This document shows positions 41,069 to 51,542 of a stretch of DNA of 59,048 nucleotides, piece after piece. Location: contig JAZDJN010000070.1 in the NCBI GenBank assembly GCA_043803945.1, forward strand, positions 1 to 59,048. The letters run 5' to 3'. The position numbers and the translations under genes were made by a program. The stretch's first letter is position 1. Every line of letters starts with the position of its first letter. A model generated the notes under the pieces. That model worked only from the letters and a program-made list of their open reading frames with translations, was not told the DNA's origin and did not search any database. The DNA comes from a bacterium (GTDB lineage Bacteria; Bacteroidota; Ignavibacteria; UBA10030).

Positions 41069-43258
41069 ATGAGACGTATTTACACTGTGTATATAGTTCT
41101 CATGCTGTTCGTAATCGTCAATGCTCCTTTGAGCGCCCAGGGTGTTGTCAAGGAGGTCAATGTTGGAAAACTCCATACCAGGGTTGTGGATAACGGTCAC
41201 CAGAGTGAGACGGAATCGGGTAAAGAGGATAACAGAGGAGTCGCACATTACTATTTTGACGGTCACAATAATACGAACAGAATGTTTTCACGATGGTCGG
41301 TTCGAACCTGTGGAACCCATATAGGAATTCCACGATGGAGAGACACGACTGGTACCATATGGCCATTTATGACGGCCGGTGCTGAGCAAGGGACATCTGA
41401 TGCAGAGAAGATACAGTTTGTGGTTCCAGATGCCCTTGGCAATACTATCTATAAATATGTACGCTGTAAACCCCCTACGGTCATCGTCGATGGCAACTAT
41501 GTCAACGATCCCTTTCCTTATGATGAAATGGAAATGGTGGCACCTGAAAAGATCCCTGGCAGTGCAGATGTCATGATTGAATCGCATATAAGGACATGGA
41601 TCGGCCTTGACATCCATCAGAAAGTACTAGGATGGAGTCAAGATAACCATGATGATTATGTAATCTATGATATCGTTTTTAAAAATACTGGAAATGTGAA
41701 CAGGGATAGTAAAATAGAGCTTCCCACTCAGATCTTAGACAGCCTGTATCTCATGCGCACATTCCAGAGTTTCCCTGCTGCATCGAGAGATAAAGAATGG
41801 GCGAGTTGGACAGCCCCTACTGATTCGCTCCGGATGCATTATAATTATCCGAGCCGACAAGTGGGTACAACGACAGACGATTTCGGCGGGCCGCGTAATG
41901 ATCAAAATCAACAGCGGTTGTACGGACCACAGTATTGCGGTGAAGCGACGCTGTTCGTAAGTAAAGCTCCGAACGACATGGTGAACGATAACCCGGCACA
42001 GCCGCAGATGCGTACCATCTGGGATGCCCGGCTACTTTATATTAAAGAAAACGCACTGCTGCACCCGAATGAACTTGATAAAGCATACGATGTCATGAAG
42101 CGCGGCGTCACTAGCTGGACGGCAGGTGATCCGACGTATACAAAACCACCGCTCTATCCCGGAACCCTCATCGAGATGCCTCCGGATCGGGGGAATGTTG
42201 ATTTTATGACGAAAATCGTTCCATGGGGACCAACGGGCAGATATCATTCCCTGCCAATGTATTCCATCGGACCGTTCAAACTTGCCCCTGGTGATTCCAT
42301 ACGATTGGTGTATGCAATTGTCGAAGGGAGCATTTCAAAAAGAAGAGCCTTTGAGATTGCGCGGGATTGGTATGCGAAGATGTGTACTCCACCTTCTGGA
42401 TTCGACTGGGCTACCAAAAAGGACAATCTACCACCGCAATACAAAGCATTTCCAGCCCTCTACAACAATAATCAGAATGACTGGGCGAAGGATTGCTGGG
42501 TCGCAACGGGTAAGGACTCACTATTCCAGAATGCAAAAGCGGCACAGTGGAATGTTCGTCAGAATTATAACATACCGACAGCACCCCCTCCTCCATCTGT
42601 CGAAATACAGGGTCGCTCGAATGCAATTCGCATTAAGTGGGGTAAAGAATCTGAATCTGTGCCAGATTTTGCGGGATATCGGGTGTATCGAACAATCGGA
42701 AGCTATCAGGATTCTGCTTGGGTTCCGATCTTTGAATGCACAAAAGCGAACCTGGTTCACGAGTACGATGATGTATCGGCAACTCGAGGAGCTGCATACT
42801 ACTATAGTGTCACGGCGTTCGATGACGGCGTTTCCAACGCTGCCGATTTTCATGGCAAGAAGCAGAGCCTTGAGAGCAATATGCTGGCGACAATGACTAC
42901 GCGCCCTACTAGCCTTGCTCGTCCGGCTGTACTGAGCTCATTGGATAGTATCCGTGTTGTTCCCAATCCGTTTAGCCTTGCGGCGCAGAAGCTTCAGTTT
43001 CCTGGACAAAGAGATAAGATTGTGTTTTATGGTCTTCCTCCTGAATGCACAATCAGGATATTCTCCGAAAGCGGTGACCTTGTCAAAACCATCGAACACA
43101 CCAGAGGATCCGGCGATGAATTCTGGGGGATTGGAACAATCAATAACGATCTCCAGACCACCGATACCGGACAACGACCGGTGAGCGGGATTTACATTGC
43201 GAATATTGTCACACCCGACGGCGCAACCAAGAATGTAAAATTTCTTATAGTGCGGTAA
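41069..43258 (+). CDS. Secreted FN3-containing protein with a distinct (type-B-like) T9SS sorting tail
   Basis: Signal peptide; FN3 (APPPP..IKWG..FAGYRVYR..YYYSVTAFD); tail IRVVPNPF..CTIRIFSESGDLVKTI..SGIYI..KFLIVR. Confidence 0.75.
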   Translation: MRRIYTVYIVLMLFVIVNAPLSAQGVVKEVNVGKLHTRVVDNGHQSETESGKEDNRGVAHYYFDGHNNTNRMFSRWSVRTCGTHIGIPRWRDTTGTIWPFMTAGAEQGTSDAEKIQFVVPDALGNTIYKYVRCKPPTVIVDGNYVNDPFPYDEMEMVAPEKIPGSADVMIESHIRTWIGLDIHQKVLGWSQDNHDDYVIYDIVFKNTGNVNRDSKIELPTQILDSLYLMRTFQSFPAASRDKEWASWTAPTDSLRMHYNYPSRQVGTTTDDFGGPRNDQNQQRLYGPQYCGEATLFVSKAPNDMVNDNPAQPQMRTIWDARLLYIKENALLHPNELDKAYDVMKRGVTSWTAGDPTYTKPPLYPGTLIEMPPDRGNVDFMTKIVPWGPTGRYHSLPMYSIGPFKLAPGDSIRLVYAIVEGSISKRRAFEIARDWYAKMCTPPSGFDWATKKDNLPPQYKAFPALYNNNQNDWAKDCWVATGKDSLFQNAKAAQWNVRQNYNIPTAPPPPSVEIQGRSNAIRIKWGKESESVPDFAGYRVYRTIGSYQDSAWVPIFECTKANLVHEYDDVSATRGAAYYYSVTAFDDGVSNAADFHGKKQSLESNMLATMTTRPTSLARPAVLSSLDSIRVVPNPFSLAAQKLQFPGQRDKIVFYGLPPECTIRIFSESGDLVKTIEHTRGSGDEFWGIGTINNDLQTTDTGQRPVSGIYIANIVTPDGATKNVKFLIVR

Positions 43259-43282
43259 TCGCATGAAAGGAGGAACGATTAT

Positions 43283-44272
43283 ATGAAAAAGTGGAAGAGT
43301 ATAATACGTATAAGCATGATGATAGTACTCGTATCAGGTTCCATGGGCGCAATCGAAAAGAAGGTGGCTCAAACGGGTCTTCAATTTTTGAAGATCGATA
43401 TGAGTTCTCGTGCGGCAGCGATGGGTGGTAGTTACATCACCATCAACAATGACGCAACATCGATGTTCTACAATCCGGCAGGATTGGCCAGGATGGAATC
43501 GACACTGGATATCTTCGCAACAAAAACCCAATGGTTTGCAGGTATCTCCTACCTTGGAGGCGGAGTAGCATACAACCTTGGGGATTGGGGAACCGTCGGT
43601 GCAAGCTGGATGACCTGTGATTATGGCGACGATTTTATAGGGACACAATATGCCAATACTCCTTCAGGGTACATCGAAACAGGCAACCTCAACGTTACTT
43701 CGTATGCTGGAGGTTTTTCCTATGCCAAATCCCTGACTAATAAATTTTCAATCGGCGCACAGGTCAAATACTGTTATCAGCAATTGGGCGAAAATTTTAT
43801 CGATGCAGCGGGTACAGTGAGAAAGAATAAAGTATCGGGGATGGCGTACGACTTCGGCACGATCTTCTATCCCGGTTTCAAGGATTTCAGGATCGGTATG
43901 TCCATCCGTAATTTTTCTCCGGAGTTCAAGTATGAAAATGAGGGTTTCGAATTGCCTCTCACGTTTGTCATCGGCGCTTCCATGGATGTTCTGGATTTGC
44001 TCGGCGAGCATGAGAATCCCCTTCTGGTTTCTGTCGATGCCACGCACCCTCGGGATTATACTGAACGGCTCCACGTGGGTGCTGAATACACGTTCATGAA
44101 GATGATCTCATTCCGCGCCGGATATAAGTACAATTATGATAATGAGAGATTCACCGCTGGAATCGGTTTTCAGCAGGACCTTGCGGGCGTTGGTATTAAC
44201 ATCGGCTACGCTTACGCCACGATGAAGTATTTTGATGCAGTGCATCGGATCTCAATCGGGATGTCGTATTAG
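43283..44272 (+). CDS. PorV/PorQ family outer-membrane beta-barrel
   Basis: QFLKID.SSRAAAMG..D.TSMFYNPAGLA is the PorV/FadL-type N-terminus; alternating beta-strands; terminal Y; 329 aa. Confidence 0.85.
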   Translation: MKKWKSIIRISMMIVLVSGSMGAIEKKVAQTGLQFLKIDMSSRAAAMGGSYITINNDATSMFYNPAGLARMESTLDIFATKTQWFAGISYLGGGVAYNLGDWGTVGASWMTCDYGDDFIGTQYANTPSGYIETGNLNVTSYAGGFSYAKSLTNKFSIGAQVKYCYQQLGENFIDAAGTVRKNKVSGMAYDFGTIFYPGFKDFRIGMSIRNFSPEFKYENEGFELPLTFVIGASMDVLDLLGEHENPLLVSVDATHPRDYTERLHVGAEYTFMKMISFRAGYKYNYDNERFTAGIGFQQDLAGVGINIGYAYATMKYFDAVHRISIGMSY

Positions 44273-44301
44273 CACTACGAAGTGGGTGATTAATAAATGT
44301 G

Positions 44302-44390
44302 GAGATCACTGTCGGAGGAAGTATACGATGGCACCTGTTCCGGACTGTTGGACCAAACAGGTCTTCTGCTTCTTTCTACAGTCCGATCTC
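44302..44390 (+). other. Long intercistronic stem-loop after the PorV-like gene
   Basis: Nested pairings GAGATC/GATCTC, ACTGT/ACAGT, GGAGGAAGTA/TGCTTCTTTC and ACCTGTT/AACAGGT. Confidence 0.55.
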
Positions 44391-44452
44391 ATGGCGCTGA
44401 ACTTTTCAGGATCTGGCAAAAATAACAACGCTTGTGCAAAGAGATAAAGCAG

Positions 44453-46408
44453 ATGAATAAAATATTTCCTTTACGATATGTTGTTGTTGGAATCATCGTC
44501 TCCATAATCGTCTTGGAGATGTGTGTCGCACAATCTCAATCACGCGAACAAAGGTCAAGGCGTCTGATTCGTGTCGTTCCGTTAAAGCAGATCGACGTCG
44601 TAAGTCCGAACGGAAAAGTAACCTTTTCACTGCTTCCAAATGCCGAACGCCTCACGGTTACGGTTCGGATGGAGAACACCGTCGTTCTCGATCCATCCCC
44701 GATTGTCATGAAGATGGACGGGTATGATCTTTCCTCCGGCGTGGTTTTCGACACTCTTGAGACATATAGGATAGACGAACACTATCCATGGACGGGTGCC
44801 CATAATGTTGCCGTGAATAAGTGTCAAGGGGTAAAAATCTCGTTGCGGCATGATTTATCGTTTACGGACTATACTCTTGAAGTGCGCGTTTTCGACGATG
44901 GAGTTGCTTTCAGACATATCATTGTTGCCCCTGACTCTGCATCGCACGTACCGGACGAATATACGACATTTGTAATCCCGGCAGGTTCCACAACATGGTT
45001 TCATGATATGGATGGCCACTATGAGGCAGACTATCTGAAACAAAGTATTGCGGAGGTGAGGGCAGGACAATGGGCCGGTCCGCCCGTGACGTTTGAACTT
45101 CCTGGCAATGCAGGCTATGCATCCATCACTGAGGCGAACCTTGTAAATTATAGCGGCATGGGTTTGGAAGCGGATGGACGAAGAGGATGGATTATAGGGC
45201 TTGGCCATCGACAACCGTTGAACTATCCTTTCGAATTGCGTTATGGCAGAGAGGAAGGCAAAAGGTTGGGGATGGCTGCGGCGATCGAAGGAACAATTAT
45301 TTCTCCATGGCGCGTCCTCATTGTAGGTCGGGACTTGAATATGTTGGTCAATAGCACAATTGTTCCGAATCTCTGTCCACCACCTGATCCACTCCTCTTC
45401 CCTGAAGGAATCAAAACCTCCTGGATCAAACCTGGTCGTGCAGTGTGGCGCTACGTTGATGGCGGGGAGGGCACCTTTGAAGGCTTGAAAGAATTTTCCC
45501 GTCTTGCAGGCCAGCTTGGATATGAGCATCATGTGATCGAAGGAGTCTGGAGTCGTTGGACCATGGAACAGAGGAAAGAGATGGTAGATTTCTCCAGGCA
45601 CCATGGTGTTGGTGTCTGGTTCTGGAAGCATAGCCGGGATCTTCGCACGCCTCAAGCACGCGAGGAGTTCTTTGCTATGCTTAATAAACTTGGTGTCACC
45701 GGCGCAAAGATCGACTTCTTCGACCATGAAGCCAGGGAAGTGATCGATCTCTATGAAGAAACGCTCCGACAGGCAGCCAAGCACCAAATTCTGCTCGTCT
45801 TTCACGGTGCCAATAAACCGACAGGGAGGGAGAGGACGTGGCCCAATGAACTGGTGCGTGAGGCAATTCGTGGATTGGAATCCAGTCGGATGATGGAACG
45901 GGCACGGCATCAGACAATTTTGCCGTTCACTCGTTACCTGGCGGGACCCGCCGATTATACGACTATGCTCTTCAGCGAGCGGAGGCGTAACTCCAGTTGG
46001 GCACACCAGATCGCCACAATGGTAGTGTTCTCAAGTCCGTTGCTTACGATCGCAGCGCATCCTCAATCCATTCTGAATAATCCCGCAGTGGATGTGATGA
46101 AGAATATCCCATCTGTATGGGATGAGACAATCGTCCTCCCCGAATCTAAGATTGGAGAACTTGTCGTGTTTGCGCGCCGGACAGGTTCAACATGGTACAT
46201 CGCCCTCATGAACGGTCTCAGCGCACAAACGGTGAGTATTCCTCTGTCATTTCTTGGTGAAGGTACGTATCGGGCAACGCTGATCCGGGATGATCTCCAG
46301 AACTCAGGGGCGATAAAAATGGAAACCTCAGACGTTCAGAGAAGCGAAAAACTCAAAATAGAAATGATCAATGGAGGTGGATTTGTCTGCCGGTTTGTCT
46401 TACACTGA
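44453..46408 (+). CDS. GH97 glycoside hydrolase
   Basis: SPNGK, RVFDDGVAFR, SPWR, WIKPG, KIDFFD, FHGANKPTG, REAIRGLE and PFTRYLAGPADYT. Confidence 0.92.
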   Translation: MNKIFPLRYVVVGIIVSIIVLEMCVAQSQSREQRSRRLIRVVPLKQIDVVSPNGKVTFSLLPNAERLTVTVRMENTVVLDPSPIVMKMDGYDLSSGVVFDTLETYRIDEHYPWTGAHNVAVNKCQGVKISLRHDLSFTDYTLEVRVFDDGVAFRHIIVAPDSASHVPDEYTTFVIPAGSTTWFHDMDGHYEADYLKQSIAEVRAGQWAGPPVTFELPGNAGYASITEANLVNYSGMGLEADGRRGWIIGLGHRQPLNYPFELRYGREEGKRLGMAAAIEGTIISPWRVLIVGRDLNMLVNSTIVPNLCPPPDPLLFPEGIKTSWIKPGRAVWRYVDGGEGTFEGLKEFSRLAGQLGYEHHVIEGVWSRWTMEQRKEMVDFSRHHGVGVWFWKHSRDLRTPQAREEFFAMLNKLGVTGAKIDFFDHEAREVIDLYEETLRQAAKHQILLVFHGANKPTGRERTWPNELVREAIRGLESSRMMERARHQTILPFTRYLAGPADYTTMLFSERRRNSSWAHQIATMVVFSSPLLTIAAHPQSILNNPAVDVMKNIPSVWDETIVLPESKIGELVVFARRTGSTWYIALMNGLSAQTVSIPLSFLGEGTYRATLIRDDLQNSGAIKMETSDVQRSEKLKIEMINGGGFVCRFVLH

Positions 46409-46558
46409 TCGAGGAGTATTGCTGCGACGGCATTGAGAGAAAAAGAGAGAAATATGAGAGTATCTCTTGATTCAATGTTATCTTGTCGTTAAGATTCACC
46501 ATAGTCGAGAGTGTATCATCATATAAACGAAATTCCATCGAGCAACAAAACAATTCTT

Positions 46559-48691
46559 ATGGTTGCTATTTTATCATACAAATCATACGACAATCTGATC
46601 GGCAGACTTACCATTCTAATGATCCTCGCTGTGGTTCCAATGCTTGGTCAGGTTACACTGAAAGAGCTTGCGAAATCGATGAAGATCGATACGCTGCGTC
46701 ATCCATATCTCTTCTTCAATCAGGAAGAGAAGACGGTGCTTCTTCATAGAATCGAAACTGATCCAGAGGCGAAGACGATCATGGCGGGTCTCCTGGCGGA
46801 AGGGCATCGATTCCTGTACGTTCCAGTGAAGGAATCGCCCCCGCTACGGATGAAACACCCCCGGTATGCTGCAAGCGGCGATGCGTATAATTCCTACGCA
46901 TCCGAGCTCAGCGAAGGAGCGGTAAAACTTGCCTTTCTCTTTCAGCTCACCGGTGAGTCCCGTTACGCAAGGAAAGCCATTGAGTTCGCGGTCGCCCTGT
47001 GCGACCTGGACGATTGGGTCGAACAAGCACACAAATTCGATATTATCTATCCTCGAGTCTGGCCCTGGAACGTGCCCGACGATCAGGTGGTGTTTTCTTA
47101 TGATATCTTCACCGCTGATAAAGCCATTGCGGTTGCTACGGTGTATGATTGGGTATATCCTGCCCTGACGAAATGGGAGAGGGATAAGATACGCAACGGT
47201 TTGCTTGAGAAGGTGATCACGAGAGTGCGTGGGAATTACGATTTCTTTTGGTGGTCGACAGCATATCGATGCAATTGGTCTGCGATTTGTTTTTCGGGCC
47301 TCGGTATTGCAGCGGTCAGTCTCTTGAAGGAAAATCCACAATTACTCGATGTGGTCGTGGAAGCTTACAATCGCATTGGTCTCACATTCGATCAGGTGGG
47401 CAATGACGGTGGCTGGCAGGAAGGCCGCGGGTACTATGGCTATATGATGCGTGCTACTGTCCCGTTTATGGAGATTGTTAAGCGACTCTCCGGTGGAAGG
47501 TGCGATCTCTTCACGCACAAGAGTATTATACATCATCCGTTCGACTTTCTGCTCTATGGGATGACCGCGAATTTTGAGGATAGTGAAGGCGGCGTTGTCG
47601 GCACTTCGGCGATGGTGAACAAATTAACTGAAGAGACCGGTAGTACAACGGGTGCTTGGTACAGGGAAAAATTTTTTGGAGAGGGAACGACTCTCTTTGA
47701 TATACTCTGGCCAAGGCCGAAAGTGAAAGCACTCGAGCCTCGACAGAAATCAATGTGGTTTAAGAGCATCCACTGGGCGATGATGCGAAGTAATTTTTCT
47801 GATCCTTCAACGGTGACCATTGCGTGTAAGGCAGGGTACAATGATGACCCGCATCATGGTCACCTCGACTGTGGTCAATTCGTGCTGACATGGCACAATA
47901 TCCCCTTTATCCGAGATATTGGAAGAATGCGATATGATGAAATCTATTTCAACGAAGAACGCTGGCTTTATCCCTATGCCTCAAGCGAGGGGCATAACCT
48001 TATTTTTGTCAACGGCGAGCAGCAACTCCCTGCGAAACTCAAAAATAAGCCATGGAGGGAAGGACTTGGAGGCGAGATTCTGAAATTTGAATCTGATGCA
48101 AAACGGGACTATGTTTTGATGGACCCGACTCATACCTATCCCGGTGAAGAACTAAAGAAGTGGAGGCGTAGTATCATTCTGGAGAAACCTGTTACAACAG
48201 TGATCGTGGATGAGATAGAAACGGCACCCGGTGCTTCAATCGAGGCGAGATTCTTTCCGGCTGTGGCATCCCAACCGATCCGTCCCGGACGTGAGGCAAG
48301 AGTTCCATCCATTGCAGGTGTAGAGTGTACCATGTTCCGAGATCATGTCGTATTATCGTCTCAGCAACGGAGCATGGTGCTCATTCCCCTCGTACTGAAT
48401 AACGTGAGTAATATTATTGAAGGAAAACTGCCTGCTATGCCGGTCACCGAGGAACCGCAATTGACATGGATTCCCTATCTCTCTACGATGACGAAAGCCG
48501 CATCGAATGCAACGATTCTTGTAACGATTATCCTTCCGGTGCATGATAACCTGGAAGCTGCTGGCGTGGTGAACACGGCGAAGGTTTTGCAAATAACACC
48601 CGATCAGCTCGAAGTAAGTATCGATGCGTCGGCTACCAAGTATAGATGGCGCTTCACGAGGGAGAAGGATGGATTTGTACTTCGTCAGTAA
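46559..48691 (+). CDS. Heparinase II/III-like polysaccharide lyase
   Basis: HPYLFF, CNWSAIC, DGGWQEG.GY, HHGHLDCGQF and SSEGHNLI. The start is uncertain (ORF from 46511). Confidence 0.85.
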   Translation: MVAILSYKSYDNLIGRLTILMILAVVPMLGQVTLKELAKSMKIDTLRHPYLFFNQEEKTVLLHRIETDPEAKTIMAGLLAEGHRFLYVPVKESPPLRMKHPRYAASGDAYNSYASELSEGAVKLAFLFQLTGESRYARKAIEFAVALCDLDDWVEQAHKFDIIYPRVWPWNVPDDQVVFSYDIFTADKAIAVATVYDWVYPALTKWERDKIRNGLLEKVITRVRGNYDFFWWSTAYRCNWSAICFSGLGIAAVSLLKENPQLLDVVVEAYNRIGLTFDQVGNDGGWQEGRGYYGYMMRATVPFMEIVKRLSGGRCDLFTHKSIIHHPFDFLLYGMTANFEDSEGGVVGTSAMVNKLTEETGSTTGAWYREKFFGEGTTLFDILWPRPKVKALEPRQKSMWFKSIHWAMMRSNFSDPSTVTIACKAGYNDDPHHGHLDCGQFVLTWHNIPFIRDIGRMRYDEIYFNEERWLYPYASSEGHNLIFVNGEQQLPAKLKNKPWREGLGGEILKFESDAKRDYVLMDPTHTYPGEELKKWRRSIILEKPVTTVIVDEIETAPGASIEARFFPAVASQPIRPGREARVPSIAGVECTMFRDHVVLSSQQRSMVLIPLVLNNVSNIIEGKLPAMPVTEEPQLTWIPYLSTMTKAASNATILVTIILPVHDNLEAAGVVNTAKVLQITPDQLEVSIDASATKYRWRFTREKDGFVLRQ

Positions 48692-48752
48692 TAATCATTG
48701 AACTTCACGATAACGCTTTTCTCGGACGACCATTGCTCACTAAAGCTAACGA

Positions 48753-49976
48753 ATGGGTAAAACATATAGAACAATTTTGAATATCGTTCTCGTTGTAAGT
48801 ATTCACCTCACCGGAATAGCTCAGGAAAAACCGCTCTCTGTGCTTTTACTGAACCGTGAAACACTTCTGAAGGAACATCAGCAATACCAGAAAAATCTAC
48901 AACATGCTACACCGATGGTTGTGCAGCTTCTGAGCGATGCGAAGAGTGCACTTGATGCAAAACCGGTCTCTGTGATGCAGAAAAGCGATGTACCTCCCAG
49001 CGGTGATAAACATGATTACATGAGCCTTGGCCCTTACTGGTGGCCTGATACGACAAAACCGAATGGCCTTCCCTACATTCGCCGAGATGGCGAAGTCAAT
49101 CCGGAGTATCGGAGCTCCGGGGACAATGAGCGGATGGGGAAGATGATGAATCAAGTGCAGGCGTTGGCACTGGCATATTGTATAACGGAAGATGAGAAAT
49201 ATGCTGAAAAAGCATCGAAGCATCTGCAAGTGTGGTTCCTGGATGAAGCGACAAAAATGAATCCCAATTTGAATTATGGACAGGCAATCAAAGGTGTCAA
49301 TCAGGGACGGGGAATAGGAATCATTGAAACGTATCAACTGAGGGACCTCATCGATGCATTCATCCTGTTGAAACACTCTCCATTCTGGACAAGAGAAATT
49401 GATGAAGGAATCACAGGCTGGTTTTCTGACTATCTCCGCTGGTTGATCGAGAGTGGTCATGGAAAAGATGAATCAGTGGAAAAAAACAACCATGGCAGCG
49501 CATACGATGTGCAGGTCTCATGTATCGCACTTTACCTTGGAAAACCGGCAATCGCGAAACGCATTCTTAGCGAAGCAGGGACAAAACGTATCGCTGTGCA
49601 AATTGAGCCCGATGGGTCCCAACCGCTAGAGTTAGCGCGGACGAAATCCTGGGGATATTCAGTCATGAACCTCGATGCTTTAATCGAACTCGCGTTGCTG
49701 GGGGAACGCGTTGGTATTGATCTCTGGAATTTTCAAACGAAGGACGGCCGAAGTATTCGCCAGGCAGTCAATTTTCTCATACCCTATGCACTCGGCGTAA
49801 AGAAATGGACATGGCGGCAAATCGTTCCGTTGAACCCTGACCGGATGTATTACGCATTAAGAATAGCAGCCGAGAAATTCAACAGCGCATCCTACGCTAA
49901 AACAGCCCAAGCTGTGTGGAATCGGGATGTACAATCGGCCCGGAAAATGTTTTTTATTCAACCGATTCATGATTAG
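48753..49976 (+). CDS. Alginate/glucuronan lyase family (PL38-like)
   Basis: PPSGDKHDYMSLGPYWWPD..PYIRRDGEVNPE, MNPNLNYGQ, GRGIGII, NNHG and DGSQPLELART. Confidence 0.88.
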   Translation: MGKTYRTILNIVLVVSIHLTGIAQEKPLSVLLLNRETLLKEHQQYQKNLQHATPMVVQLLSDAKSALDAKPVSVMQKSDVPPSGDKHDYMSLGPYWWPDTTKPNGLPYIRRDGEVNPEYRSSGDNERMGKMMNQVQALALAYCITEDEKYAEKASKHLQVWFLDEATKMNPNLNYGQAIKGVNQGRGIGIIETYQLRDLIDAFILLKHSPFWTREIDEGITGWFSDYLRWLIESGHGKDESVEKNNHGSAYDVQVSCIALYLGKPAIAKRILSEAGTKRIAVQIEPDGSQPLELARTKSWGYSVMNLDALIELALLGERVGIDLWNFQTKDGRSIRQAVNFLIPYALGVKKWTWRQIVPLNPDRMYYALRIAAEKFNSASYAKTAQAVWNRDVQSARKMFFIQPIHD

Positions 49977-50240
49977 GTGTTCCATATTGACAGTAAGAAA
50001 ATTGTTTTGGGTGGTACTTCGGCGGGCGGCCATCTGGCGTTAATGACTGGTATGCTGCCGGCCAATGTTCCATACTCACATTCAGTGCGTCTTCATGAAG
50101 CTTTAGAGAAAGCGGCAGTACTAAATGAGTTGATGACGATTCCCGGAGGCAAGCACGGCCGCTTTACGAAGGAGGAAAATTTGCAAATTGAGGCAACCAT
50201 GAAGGCATTTCTCAGCAAATCCAATATTTTCGGGAGATAA
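49977..50240 (+). pseudogene. Alpha/beta-hydrolase (esterase) remnant
   Basis: 87 aa that keep GTSAGG and the terminal GGKHG, but lack the N-terminus and the segment carrying the catalytic Asp. Confidence 0.75.
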
Positions 50241-50246
50241 CTTACC

Positions 50247-51425
50247 ATGAAAACTCTCAGAAGTACTCTTCTCATTTTATGGTTTCTCGGTATGCAGATG
50301 TCCTCTCCGCTCTGGAGCCAGAGCCTTGACACACTCGTTGATCATGCAATGCAGTTTGCTCAACAGCAGCTTCTCCGGAGTGTTTCGGAGATCAATGATA
50401 GTACACGATATGCCCGCTGCACGCTTCCGGATGGTTCCTGGAAAACAAGTGCCGCCCGTGAATGGACAAGCGGATTCTTTCCTGGCTGCCTCTGGTATGC
50501 ATATGAATACTCCAAGGATCCCCTGTATGCGAAAGCTGCTCAGCGCTGGACAGCGGCTCTGGATTCCATTCAGTATTATGGACGGACGCACGATCTCGGA
50601 TTTATGGTTTTCAACAGCTATGGTCATGGGTACAGGTTGAAACCAACCGAAGCATATCGAAAAGTAATTCTTCAGACCGCTCAAACGCTGACAACTCGTT
50701 TTAATCCAGCCGTGGGCTGCATCAAATCCTGGGATAATCGCAAATGGCAGTACCCGGTGATTATCGACAATATGATGAATCTCGAGCTGCTCTTCTGGGC
50801 ATCGCAGCATGGCGGTACGAAACGATTGCATGAGATCGCGGTGAGTCACGCGGAGAACACCATGAAAAATCATTTTCGTGCAGATGGGGGCACCTACCAT
50901 GTACTAAGCTACGATACAACAAACGGAACGGTTGTTGCTCGAAATACTCATCAAGGCTACGCCGATGAATCGACCTGGTCAAGAGGGCAGGCATGGGCAA
51001 TTTATGGATTCACAATGACTTATCGCTTTACCAGAGATGAGAGATTCCTCACGACAGCAGAGAAGGCTGCAGACTATTTCCTCTCTCATCTTCCGGAAGA
51101 TCATGTGCCATATTGGGATTTTCAAGCCCCGGCAATTCCGAATGAGCCACGCGATGCATCGGCAGCAGCAATCACTTCCTCGGCATTGTTTGAACTTTCT
51201 TCCTTTGTAAAGAATGCAAAAGTGAAAGAGAGATATTTGACTGCGGCAAAGAATATTCTGAGCTCGCTCTGTTTACCCCCTTATCTTGCTAAAGGGACCA
51301 ACTCACGTGCTGTTCTCAATCATGCTGTGGGCAGTAAACCGGGCAATTCGGAAGTTGATGTTTCGCTTATCTATGCCGATTATTACTTCATCGAAGCAAT
51401 GATGCGATATTTGAAATCGAAATAA
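50247..51425 (+). CDS. GH88 unsaturated glucuronyl hydrolase
   Basis: WTSGFFPG, THDLGF, IIDNMMNL, WSRGQAW, RDASAAAI and YADYYF. Confidence 0.93.
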   Translation: MKTLRSTLLILWFLGMQMSSPLWSQSLDTLVDHAMQFAQQQLLRSVSEINDSTRYARCTLPDGSWKTSAAREWTSGFFPGCLWYAYEYSKDPLYAKAAQRWTAALDSIQYYGRTHDLGFMVFNSYGHGYRLKPTEAYRKVILQTAQTLTTRFNPAVGCIKSWDNRKWQYPVIIDNMMNLELLFWASQHGGTKRLHEIAVSHAENTMKNHFRADGGTYHVLSYDTTNGTVVARNTHQGYADESTWSRGQAWAIYGFTMTYRFTRDERFLTTAEKAADYFLSHLPEDHVPYWDFQAPAIPNEPRDASAAAITSSALFELSSFVKNAKVKERYLTAAKNILSSLCLPPYLAKGTNSRAVLNHAVGSKPGNSEVDVSLIYADYYFIEAMMRYLKSK

Positions 51426-51542
51426 ATGTCATTATTTAGCATGGTTTATTTAAAAGGAAATTTGTTTTCCAGTGATATTTATCTGGGTAAGATAATGAGT
51501 TGATTTTTTCAATGAATGATTGTTCTTTTGAGCGAACCTTTT

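Noticed and set aside
19365-43258. Calling the receptors and their partners SusC/SusD
   Set aside because: The receptors lack the SusC YG.RAANGV signature, and the partners lack a lipobox and TPR/SusD features.
44855-46006. Long antisense ORFs (383 aa here; also 14987-15760, 39156-40016, 50277-50900, 30469-31107)
   Set aside because: Shadows of well-supported sense genes, with no recognisable motifs.
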